Assembly (NCBI GenBank): GCA_010909165.1
Contig: MU008167.1
Location: forward strand, 930,001-994,000
DNA from: Anthoceros angustus
Lineage: Eukaryota > Plantae > Anthocerotophyta
Direction of reading: 5' to 3'
Length of the DNA stretch: 64,000 bases
Each line of letters starts with the position of its first letter. The stretch's first letter is position 1. Shown piece by piece: positions 1-10,229 of this stretch. A program made the position numbers and the translations under genes. The notes under the pieces are model-generated. The model worked only from the letters and a program-made list of their open reading frames with translations, ran no database searches and was not told the origin of the DNA.

Positions 1-94
1 TTTAAATTTGCAGCATCCAGTCTGAGTCGATATCGGTCTCATATGCATTCTGCTGAAGCTGGGCCGAAGTATTACCGTAGTGTTTTGTGATAAG

Positions 95-633
95 CTGGAC
101 GCACGTTGAGTGGTACCGCCTTTGAGACGCATGCTAATATCGTGCCACGGTCAGAGAAGTCTTGGCGGAAGCACATTTGGGTGAAGCTGAAGAGAGATCG
201 GTTTTACAATGTAGTCAAAGTCAGGGCTTTCAGAGAATTGTTCAAGAGGGCCGAGAGGCTCAAGGTGGGCTGATACGTGCATGCATGCATGCCTGCCTGA
301 TGTATGATGTTCACTGTTGTTGAGACAATTTAGGCAGACCTGACATGTGCTCATCATGTCTTGCACCAAAGAGAGAGCGGTGGCCCTATGGCAACAGACG
401 ACAATGCTGATGGTAGGACATAAGCATACAGTTTTCATTGTTGATTGCAACTTATAGCTTTGAGGCATGTTGAGAATTCTCACATACAAGGTATGTGCTC
501 TACTGTACAATCTACATACTGATTCGGTTTGTGTGAACTTGGAGCAGAGGATTCAGAGGAGAAATTGGAGCCACAATGTGGATTCCCTTTCTTGTTTTCG
601 GACGATTCAGATGACGAGGAGAATTGGGAGTGA
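95..633 (+). CDS. ULT1-like: ULTRAPETALA-like SAND-domain gene, copy A (last three exons: 95-264, 334-412, 548-633; 5' part outside the window)
   Basis: Exons join in frame at GT-AG sites and give GRTLSGTAFETHANIVPRSEKSWRKHIWVKL..., resembling the ULT1 SAND segment LTPAAFEKHSG..RKWKNNVWV. The acidic tail ...FSDDSDDEENWE* ends at TGA 631-633. Confidence 0.75.
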
Positions 634-1126
634 GATGGATCTAGATCAGCGGGTGGTCCTCAATATTACAGTACTAATGCTGCTGCAATGCAGCTCGACG
701 TGCGAGCTGCTCAACATGTTTTTTCTGTCATGATCACTGTAGCTACAGTTTTGCAGGATATACACTTACAGATAGATGCCATGTGCATCTTGCCGGATAG
801 ATGCCACTTGCAGTTATCTATGTCGGAAAGTGAAACAAAAGGAGTTTCAAGCTTCCCTGTTAGCTTAAAATTAAGTACCTGCAAAGCGATTGAGATCTGG
901 AACAATTGGCTGAATGTCAACCGACGCTCTGCCGGGATACACTATAATATCAGCATGACAATTTAAGGACTACTTTACTCGAACTCCCCCCGCGCAAAAA
1001 GCAACTTCTCCGTTATACTTTTGCAATGCCTTGGAAGCCTTCGAAGTACATATTAGTTGATCATATGGAGCATTGCCTTCAAACAAGCAAACAAATTGTC
1101 AAAGATCATTTGGCTGCGGGAATGTA

Positions 1127-1860
1127 CAGTCGGCCCCCTTAATTGGGAACTTTATAAGTGGGATTCCTCTCTAAATGGGACCTCTTCCTTTAGTTTACAT
1201 TATAAAAAATGGACATTTTCCTAAATGATAGTTGGGACCGTTTGAAATATATATTCATGTTAGTTTCACCTCCTTAAATGGGATTTTTGATTTTTTACTA
1301 AAAAAATTTAAAAGAAAAGAAAAGAATGAAAGCCGGAAAAAAGAAAAGAAGCTAATCGAAAATATTGAAGAGGAAGTAGCGACAATGCCACCCCTACCTC
1401 GACAAACTATAGAAGATGCCATCAAAGGTTTGGAGGCAGCAAGAACTTACCTGTTACAGATGTCACACGACAGTACAGACTCTTTGGCGTTGCTTAATGT
1501 CTTTGAGAAACACGTGATTAATCATCATCTCAAAGTATCGCGGGTGCAAAGGAGTATTGTCGATTATTTCAGAGCACAATAGACCTTTAGGTATGATTGA
1601 AGACTCCTAAGCTAAGCTTTTTCCTTTATGATACGTAGAGGTTTTTTAATGCTGCCTAGAGGAAGTGCTAGCTTTGAAGCAACTATGCAGAGAAGTGGTA
1701 AAGGTTATTTTTAGTGAAACCTATGAAACAAAATTTAAAATTTTTTTAGTATTTTTATTTTTGAATTTATAGTTTTTTTAAATGGGAAAAAATCTAATCG
1801 GGACACCTCTTTTAGTGGGACCTCTAAAGGCACTCCGAACCAGTCCCAATTAGGGCCATT
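1127..1860 (+). mobile_element. Non-autonomous pogo/Tigger-like (Tc1/mariner superfamily) remnant
   Basis: TA then CAGTCGGCCCCCTTAATTGGGA at the left end and a degenerate inverted copy (GTCCCAATTAGGGCC) near 1843-1857. Repeated subterminal TGGGA motifs. ORF 1232-1582 ends like a pogo/CENP-B transposase C-terminus (TIEDAIKGLE..YL..QRSIVDYF). Confidence 0.55.
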
Positions 1861-1959
1861 ATAGGAAACTTGTGTTCACAGAAGTTACGCACATGTGCAA
1901 AAAATGCTAAGCTAGACCTGGAAGTGCAATAACGGAAGGTGCCTTCTTGTCCCACTGCG

Positions 1960-2876
1960 CAAAGGTCTTGTACTAGCTTGCAAGAAGCTTGCAAAACGGC
2001 ATATGAATTCCTCACAGCCCCGTGTCGAGATGATCAAAACGGCAAAGAACAGTCAAGCAATCAGCAAGATGCATCAAACACGAAGTCAAGCCAGCGTCCT
2101 GCTCACTCCACAGCAGGTTTCCGTGACGGCCTCATTCATCCAGCTTGTTGAAATTTGGCAGGAACAATGCATGGAGGAATTAAAAGAGAGGCAGACAGCA
2201 AGGAATGGGATCTTGTTTTCATCCTCGGAACAAATCTGTGTCCCATTCAACACTCGAGATCATTCAACACGGGAGATCATTCATCTCATGGCCGTTCTGT
2301 TCAAGAAGGTAGAAGTTTCACATGGGCCACGTATGTGAACAGGTGTAAGCACAAGTTCAAGCTCCACTCCGCAAAACAGAAACTCTGTCACCACCTACAG
2401 TGACAACTTAACAACATAGGCTGACCTTGCAAACGGCTCCTTAACCGCGACCTCGACCCCCCTGAGAGAGAATCTCTTCACCGCTGCAGTACATGCAAAA
2501 GCCTACAGCGCATTGTACACAACCGAAGAGACAACGTCGCCAGCTTCGTCTTCCAACACCGTGAGACGAGTTGGTCATGACGAATGCATCTTCGATAAGC
2601 TTCCCGCGCAGCACACGACCCTCGTGCTTCTCCCCATCCTCACTGAGCTCACTGCATCACCGACCACCACAGCCTTGAGATTCGGAGCAAAGCGATTCAC
2701 ACGACTTAGGGTTTGCAATGCAGTTAGTCGAGGAGCGGTACATCCGCAAGGCTCTCAAGATTACAGCCATACCTGATGAGGATCGGGCGCAGGCTGGGCA
2801 GTGCAGCTGCTGTAGATGCTGGATGACTTGTTTCGTTGATGTACCATTCTGTGAGATGTTGCTCATCCAGCCCTGG
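1960..2876 (-). pseudogene. Downstream exons of cassette gene copy 1: 'LRPILISEL..KHEGRVLRG..TVLEDEAGDVV..VYN..VAVKEPF' domain (resembles the N-terminal domain of TPR/SET-type proteins), frameshifted
   Basis: A phase-2 splice (ATCAG|gt at 2773, GCAG|T acceptor) yields SLRPILISELSEDGEKHEGRVLRGKLIEDAFVMT, then TVLEDEAGDVV after a frameshift. The 1960-2140 segment aligns with 47080-47250. Confidence 0.55.
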
Positions 2877-5839
2877 TTACCTCCGGTTGCCATGCCTCTG
2901 GCATTGGCCTCCTGGGCAACATGTGCCACAACTCTGAAAGAAGCAACCCTTTGCAGGTGCCTGCTTGCAGTGAGGAGTACGGCATAGCCCACTCCTTTGT
3001 TCTGGGAGTCTATTTGCATAGTTCCTGTTGGCATGGGGTAATGAAGGTTTACCACGGACATCTGGCACAGTCCTCCGTATACCATTGTGATCCGGGGCTC
3101 GTTGTTGCCCCAGTATACCATTGTAATCAGGGGCCGGCTGTTGCCCCTGTATACCCTTGTGATCAGGGGCTGGTTGTTGCTGGGGCAGCCTGCCCTTGTA
3201 CTCTTGTTCCCCACTCCTGTGGACATGGGGTAAGAAAGGGTTACCAAGGATATTTGGCGCAAGCGTCCTTAGACCATTGTTACAAAACGCTGTCTGTTGC
3301 TGGGGCACCCTGCCCTTGTACTCTTGTTCCCCAGTCCTTCTAGAAATTGGTGTTATCTGGGTCTTGTGGGTCTTGTGGGTCTTGGGGGTCTTGGGTGAGG
3401 CGGGAATGCCACGAGTATGTCTGGCACGCCTCACCCTACCAGACCTCTCAGCACGGGCAGCAGCCCCACGTTTGTGCTTCTCTGCAAGTATTGCTTTCCG
3501 TTCTTTCTCGTCATGCCAAGGCTGCACAGTTCATGATGCAAAATCATATTACCCTCACGCGATGAGTAACCCACAGTGTTTCAGAAAAAGCGGTGATGGA
3601 TAAGGAAAGAGGCAGCAACTTCTATAAGAGCGTTTCGTGCTGGGTGAGGATAAAGAAGCAGAAGAATAGGTACCTGCCGAAGTGTGTGTATCTTGTACAG
3701 ATTTCGGCCCTTTACGAGTAACTGCTCCATGGCCCTCAGTGGTTGTGGACCTGACGTCCATAGCACCTCTATCTGAGAATAGCACACAAGACTGAATGAG
3801 TGACGATAGGCAACTGGAAAGCTAACAGTCGGTTGGGACAGGTTCGCACAGTGAAGGTGTGTTGTTGCTTGTCAGGTCCATATGCCTCGTTGGTCACACT
3901 GCCTGCTACTGTTCGGACTCCAATTGGCGCCATGCTTGATGTGTTCGCCAGGTAATCAAAGGAGTCTCTGCAGCACATCAGTGACAAAAACATTCAGGAG
4001 TCGTGTAACAGAAAGGCACAACAACTTCGGGGTGAGAAACGGCCGGATGTACACACTTTGGATAAACGTTTTGATGGAAAAGGACGATGTCTCCTCTGCA
4101 GACGTCTCCTGAAACAGACAAGAAATCTATCAGCAACTGAGCTTGACATACCTGCCTGATACAGAAACATAAGTGCAAGGCAGCTCACCTGTGCAGTTAA
4201 TAGTGAAGGACTTTCTCGGAAACAATGCTTTAGCTCCCTCTTTTTTTAATCTGATCACCAACAGAGGTCGGAGTTAACCAGCAAGTCACAAAGAGCAATG
4301 CGTTCAACAGCAGTACCTAGAAAGCAATCCAGTTAGTACCTGACGTGGAGTTTTATCCGGTCCATGATTTCTTGTTTAGTTCCACACATCCTCATTCCGG
4401 TCTGTCTCAAATAAAGTTTTAATTGACGAGTTGGGAGACTTCCAAGCTCACCACCATCTGCAGCTTTCACATTTAAGAACAGTTAGGGTATCCTCTGAAT
4501 ACCAGATGAGGCATCCAGATCCACCAAAAGAGAGTCAATGAAACAGTGGGAGAGTGAAGCATGCACCTGCCACATATTGGCAAACTTCAGCATCAGGGAG
4601 TTTTAGCCTTTTAGGTCGACCGCTCCCATCTCTTCCTCCTCCTCCTCCTCCTCCTCCTCTTCTTCCTCGTCCCCTTCTTCTTCGTCCAACGCACCTCCAT
4701 CTGGGGGTAGAAGCCATCAGTTCAAGTGGAAGATGACAGGTGAAAACATTACCACAGCAACAAGAAGCAGTCTTAGTAGTACAACATACCAATCACCACA
4801 GGAAGGGGTAGACAGACCTTCCAGGTTGTTGCAAACTTCCTTTGGGTTGGAATCCGTCAGCCTCGACCGTTTGCGTGGAGGCTGATCAGGGTCTCTGTAG
4901 GCATCCTCAGCTTTCCGTGCTCCCGCCTTCACAGTCTCTGCAACCAGACCTCCAGTGAGAAACAAGCTCCAACCTCTCGCTATGGTGAACACTTACCACA
5001 GCAAACAAGAAGATCAACAACATGAACAACATGACAATCACAAGACGATGGGTTCGACCTTCCAAGGGCTTGCGCGCCTCCTTGGTGTAAAATCTGTCAG
5101 CCTCAAATTCCTCTTCTGGGACTCATCTTTGGAAGTATCGTCAGCAGTCTGTGCTCCCGCCTTCACAGTCACTGCAACAACACCTCCACTGATAGACAAG
5201 CTCCAACTTCTCGTGTCGGTACTAGACGCAACAGAATTCACAACCAAAGCTGCTCAAGTAACAATTTCAGCAACCCTGAGCATCAGGTACATACCATTGC
5301 CATTCTGCGGAACAACCTTGAGATGATTCTGAACTCTTTCAACAAGTACCGCCTTGTTGCCAGTCAGTGGAAATCCCTCCTTCCGCAGAAACACCTTCAG
5401 CTGCAACGCGGACAGCTCTGCGGGCGGCCTCCCATCTACAAACCAAAGCAAACCATTGCCCTCAGCAATCAAAGGAACAGCAGATTTACGCTCTTGCAAC
5501 ACCTCACGCGGGCTCGAACGAGAATGCACCTTCCAGAAACTTGCAAATAGGGCCCTCGCTCAAATCATGCGGTTTGGCCCGGCGCCCAGCCTCCACAGCA
5601 GCGTTCCCTTCACTGTTGTGGCTCTCATCACTGTCACTGCCACCAATTTACAGCCACCCACCAGCTTGCAATGAACCGCATTCCTGTCCTCGGATCCCAC
5701 AATCACAGCCCACAAAATCTCCACAATCAGAATTCAACATACACCACACGTACCTCAAATTGATCACATCTGGAGGCAATGCCTGCGATTTCTGCTTCTT
5801 TGGCGGAGTGGTGCCTTGCTTCCCACTCTTGGTAGGCAT
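2877..5839 (-). CDS. Multi-exon gene, copy 1: SAP + SAP + domain homologous to the plant 'zinc finger CCCH protein 62'/SAP-protein family (DUF7699-like) + Q/P-rich repeats + C-terminal Cys-rich finger
   Basis: In-frame spliced exons read MPTKSGKQ..; SAP1 LSALQLKVFLRKEGFPLTGNKAVLVERVQNHL; a poly-Glu exon; SAP2 LPTRQLKLYLRQTGMRMCGTKQEIMDRIKLHV; then FPRKSFTINCTGDVCRGDIVLFHQNVY, GVRTVAGSVTNEAYGPDKQQHTFT, IEVLWTSG..LLVKGRNLYKIHTLRQ, PWHDEKERKAILAEKHKRG, and CRTPHCKQAPAKGCFFQSCGTCCPGGQCQRH*. Confidence 0.8.
3060..3400 (-). repeat. Coding repeats in the SAP gene last exon (about 36-bp GQQPAPDHNGI units, duplicated EQEYKGRxPQQQ block, 9-bp PKT/HKT units)
   Basis: Repeats are visible in the nucleotide sequence and in ORF 2877..3527. 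They recur at 48000-48420 in copy 4. Confidence 0.8.
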
Positions 5840-6934
5840 CGCCCGGACTGTCGCACAATCAAATTTCCCGACGTGGGTTACAGCACAATGGAAATTCCTG
5901 AGGTCAGGCTACAAGCTCTAGCGCAATCGAGCTTCACAGAGCTAGCGCTTCAAATTCACATGGCTAGCCTAGCGCTTCAGAACATGGAATGCAGTCCTGG
6001 GCAAGAGTCCCGCCCGTTTCCAAATGGACACACATTTATAAGAACGCCGTGATTAAGCATCGTGAGGTTGGATCGGTACTTAGATGGGGTGCCTAAAGGG
6101 AGTGGATGCCCTTGGTGCACGTGCAAGTAGCTTAGGCACACCATGGTACAAGTTGTTAAGTACCAAGTTCCATGACGGAAATCCGTCCTTGGTGGACTTA
6201 AATAAAATTCTTTTTCTTCTTCTTCCTTCCTGGCAATACACTCCCATCGTATCTACTATTTCATGTAAATGGTACGGACTATACGATTTCACTTTCCATA
6301 TCACCATCTCTACTTCAATCCTGTTGGCTGTCACCTATCTGCAGTGTCATTTTCGGTAGTGGAAGGCAACCGGTTTATGCAGTGGGTTTCAGAGTTCGAT
6401 GTACCTATAATTCTTGAATAAAAGTGTAATAGAATAAGATATTTAAAGCATTTGATCAAAAGGATATAATAATTTAGATTATAATAATAATACGATATAT
6501 ATTCATATAAGATGGGTGAAATAAATCTTTTAATCTTTATATTATATTATATAAAAAAGAATCATTCTATTGGATTCCACCTTTAGACACCTATTGTATG
6601 CATTGCAGAAAGGCAAACATCTTCATAGCTGATCAAAAAACAAGAACATAAGAAATTAATGTTGGGTGGGCACTTGAGATCGGAGAAAGACAAACACCTT
6701 CCAAGTTGGTCAAAGAACAAGGACAAAAGAAACTAATGTGTCTGTAGCCAAGAGTTTATTATGGCAACTTGGGAGATGCTCAAGGACTTTCATGGGACTC
6801 TGGTATGAAAAATGAAGTGACTTTAAATACTACAACAGAAAGGTTTTTGGTGACAATATGATTGAATTAATTAAAATAAAAAAGATTAATTATAGACAGG
6901 ACACAAAGACGAAGTAAGACCAAAAGTAAAGAAT

Positions 6935-7025
6935 AAGCCAAAGAAACCACCACAATGAAGTAGACTAAGCCAAAAAAACCACCACAATGAAATAGACTAA
7001 GCCAAAGAAACCACCACAATGAAAT
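6935..7025. repeat. About 32-bp tandem repeat x3
   Basis: AAGCCAAAGAAACCACCACAATGAA(G/A)TAGACT is repeated three times. Confidence 0.8.
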
Positions 7026-7427
7026 AGGAGACAGAGTTGAAGAGAAATGGCATAGCATTCAAACACCTAGTGAGCATTTCAGGCTCCGAAATGCGAGGTT
7101 GAAACTGTTCTTCAAGAACAAAACTAAAACATAACTATTACACTGTAGCCACCCGTAGTAAAAAAGGTATAAGTCCGCGGAGCTTAGGAATATTAAGATT
7201 TTTATTTTTAAAATAATTCTGAAAATTAAAATACTACCAAAAGTTTGAACTTATGTTATTATTCTCATCAAAAGTTCAATGAAATTATCCAATTTCCAAC
7301 TTGAGTGCTGACACTGTAGGCAAGAGTTCGGGTTCATTGGAATTCTGTGGTTAAGCAACTCTTCCATAGAATTACTACTTGTATGAGGTCCCACCCACCG
7401 CCATTACTCCAGGACGCTGGTGGTCTA

Positions 7428-7558
7428 CCTATTCTCAAGTCCTTGAGGGCTCCCTGATATATGGTCTTTGGTGTATAGCTTCCTAAAAGGTCCTATTCTC
7501 AAGTCCTTGAGGGCTCCCTGATATATGGTCTTTGGTGTATAGCTTCCTAAAAGGTCCA
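7428..7558. repeat. About 66-bp direct tandem duplication
   Basis: CCTATTCTCAAGTCCTTGAGGGCTCCCTGATATATGG...AAAAGGTCC occurs twice. Confidence 0.85.
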
Positions 7559-7954
7559 TTGGGGTCCTCGAAACTACATGAAATGTAAATACTCGATCGA
7601 ATTCATTAAACATTTTTGGAATACATATATAATATACTTCTTTATCGTTTATACGTCCCTTATTTTATACGACTAATATAAATAATTTTCACAAAAAAAT
7701 ATTTAGATGCAAGACCCTATCTTCACATATACATTCGGGTTTACAAAACAATCAAGCTGTATATATATATATATATATCAAATATCATAATATTTTTAAT
7801 TATATCATTTATTTTTCAGATAATCATATGATAGTATTGACTACCCTAACAAAGATACCCTAACCATAGTTCATTTTTATAAAAGAGAGTATGGGGAAGA
7901 TAATTGCCCATGATTGACTTGCAAGCTTCTTGCAAGCGGTAGTTGTGAGCTTTG

Positions 7955-8290
7955 TACAGGTAGATAGACGTTGTGAGTTCGTGAGCCCTAGTTGTGGGCT
8001 TCGTGCAAGCTGCGGTCATTACGAGCTTCGTGCAAGCTCCGGTCATTGCGAGCTTCGTGCAAGCTGCGGTCATTGCGAGCTTCATGCAAGTGCAGTTGTG
8101 AGCTTTATGCGGTAGATAGACGTTGTGAGTTCGTGAGCCCTAGTTGTGGGCTTCGTGCAAGCTGCGGTCATTACGAGCTTCGTGCAAGCTCCGGTCATTG
8201 CGAGCTTCGTGCAAGCTGCGGTCATTGCGAGCTTCATGCAAGCTGCAATCGCTGTGAGCTTTATGCAAGCAATCGTTGCGAGTTTCATGC
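7955..8290. repeat. 27-bp minisatellite with about 150-bp higher-order duplication
   Basis: GAGCTTCGTGCAAGCTGCGGTCATTGC units; the block starting GTAGATAGACGTTGTGAG occurs at about 7960 and 8112. Confidence 0.85.
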
Positions 8291-8532
8291 AAAACGCTCA
8301 GTTTTGAGCTTGGTGCAAACAACAGTTGTGCAAACGGTCCTTTCGGTGGATGAGCGTGAAGGTACAAGACTTGTCATTTGTGGTGTACTGGAAGTTGGAA
8401 GGTGTGGTTTGAGATTTGTTCCAAGGTCCATTGAGCTTCCACAATGTTTAACATTCCGATGATTTGGCTTGTTCTGCAGGTTTGTTCACCTTGTGGTATA
8501 TCATACATCATATACCTTGCTTTGCTTAAGCA

Positions 8533-9842
8533 ATGATGCCCTGGGGTGGGAAAGGAAAAAGATCTAAAAGGATTCCTCGGAAAACGCCTTGGAAACTACC
8601 TTGGTAAAGCTCAACCCCGGGCCATAACCTTCAAACTTAGAAACTGCATCTAGGTCGAATGGTATTACAAGCTGTTAGCGGATCCGAGCGTGTACGTACG
8701 TGTGATGTGCAGGGACACAGATGAGGCGACGGTACGTGCGGACCTCGATCAGGTCGGTCCTGGAGATGGCCGTGAGCAGTCCACGCCTTTGCAATTGGGT
8801 GGCGGGAATGGCGGAAATCGGGGCAAGGCTGTGGCTATGGAGCCCGCGCCAGCCGCAGAACCATCAGACAGCGCTATTGAAAGCTTGGAACTGATGATAA
8901 CCCGGGAGTGGAAAGAACGTGGTAGCAGTGCGGCATTCATCGCAAATCTGCCGATTCTGGCTCCCCATGAAGATTTCTTCAAGGAGGCGGTGTGCGCCGC
9001 CTGCAAAGGCAGCGACAATCCCATACTTTTCGGCAAGGTGCAGATTTACCGGACTGGCAAGTTCCTGTTTGTGTGTACGTGTGCTCCGGGGACGTGCTCG
9101 GAAGGTATGGCGTCTAGACCCATGTGTCTTGTTGCATAGCTCTAGAGTTGTAATGTTGTGCAGCATCCATGCAGTGTGGATGGATATCGCTTTCATGAAG
9201 TTGCATGAATTTGAAACCATCGGCTGAAGCTCTGCTGAAAATTTGTCGTGACCAGCTGGGCGCACGTTGAGTCCTAGTGCTTTTGAGGCACACGCTGGTT
9301 TTGTGCCGTTGTCAGCAAAATCGTGGCGGAAGCGCATATGGGTGAAGCTCTCAAGTCGCTTGGACCGGTTTTACCTTGTATACAAGGTATCGGCTTTCAG
9401 GGAGTTTTTCAAGAAGGCCAAGAGGCTGGAGGTGGGCAAGAGCTGTGTTTTAGAGCTTGGTGAATTCATGAATTGGTATAACTTGCAAGTTGGGCAGCTG
9501 GTGCATGCCTGCCTGGGCCTGCCGCATGCATAATGTTCACTGCAGAAGCTTCCATCTTGCTTGTTCATACTTCAGGCACACCTCACATACATGTGGTCAT
9601 TGTGTCTTAGTTGCAGCAGAGAGAGAGTGCTCGTAGTGCCCCAGTGGCAAGCGACGACAACGTTGCTGATGGTGGGTGGACACATGCATTTCCGTTTCTC
9701 ATACATGTGTGTGCTCACGTATACATACTGATTCGGTTTGTGTAAACTTGGAGCAGAGGATTCAGAGGAGCAATTCGAGCTAGCACGTAATTCTCATTTT
9801 TTGTGTTCCGACGATTCCGATGACAAGGAAGATTTGGAGTGA
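8533..9842 (+). CDS. ULT1-like: ULTRAPETALA-like SAND-domain gene, copy B (5 exons; probable frameshift in exon 4)
   Basis: Exons 8533-8603, 8713-9104 and 9256-9431 join in frame: FGKVQIYRTGKFLFVCTCAPGTCSEAGRTLSPSAFEAHAG..KSWRKRIWV, compared with ULT1 ARLRVFPTGDLEITCECTPGCDEDKLTPAAFEKHSG..RKWKNNVWV. The acidic last exon ends at TGA 9840-9842. Confidence 0.78.
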
Positions 9843-10229
9843 CCGATGGATGTGGCTGTAGTTTTGAAGGAGATATGTACGTAAAGGTCGTTTACAAGTA
9901 GATCATGCCATACTCAAGAATTTCTCAAGAATCCTGCAAGCATTAGTGTTGGAAATGTGGAGGTATTTTGGTAGGCACTAGCTTGAGATTTGCGGCGCCG
10001 GTGCCCACCAGAACATGAGCGATCCCTAGGCATGGCCCCAGCTGTTCCCTGTTCACTATTTCCTTTTTATCTAGGAGAAGTTTCACCTTAGCAGCAACAC
10101 CCGGTGTTTGATAGGCTCATATACTCGGGTGAATGGGCGTTATATTCACGCATAGACCACCAAGTAAACAGTTGTAGGCATAAATTAAAGCTCGACTCCG
10201 CAACATAGGAACGCTTTGAGCACCTACTT

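Noticed and set aside
2640-2680. Selenocysteine-like in-frame TGA (CGGR*C) using an upstream acceptor
   Set aside because: The spacing is not conserved in copies 2 and 3, and I see no SECIS evidence.
2773-2866. Separate gene starting at ATG 2866 (MSNISQ..HCPACARSSSG)
   Set aside because: The conserved acceptor GCAG|TGAGCTC needs phase 2. That frame gives the family-like LRPILISEL motif, so the CPAC frame is probably a shadow.
6080-6359. Short overlapping ORFs upstream of the SAP gene
   Set aside because: No recognisable motif, and not conserved upstream of copies 2 and 4.
7955-8290. CRISPR-like array (also considered for 63358-63537)
   Set aside because: The units are contiguous with no unique spacers, there are no cas genes, and the context is eukaryotic.
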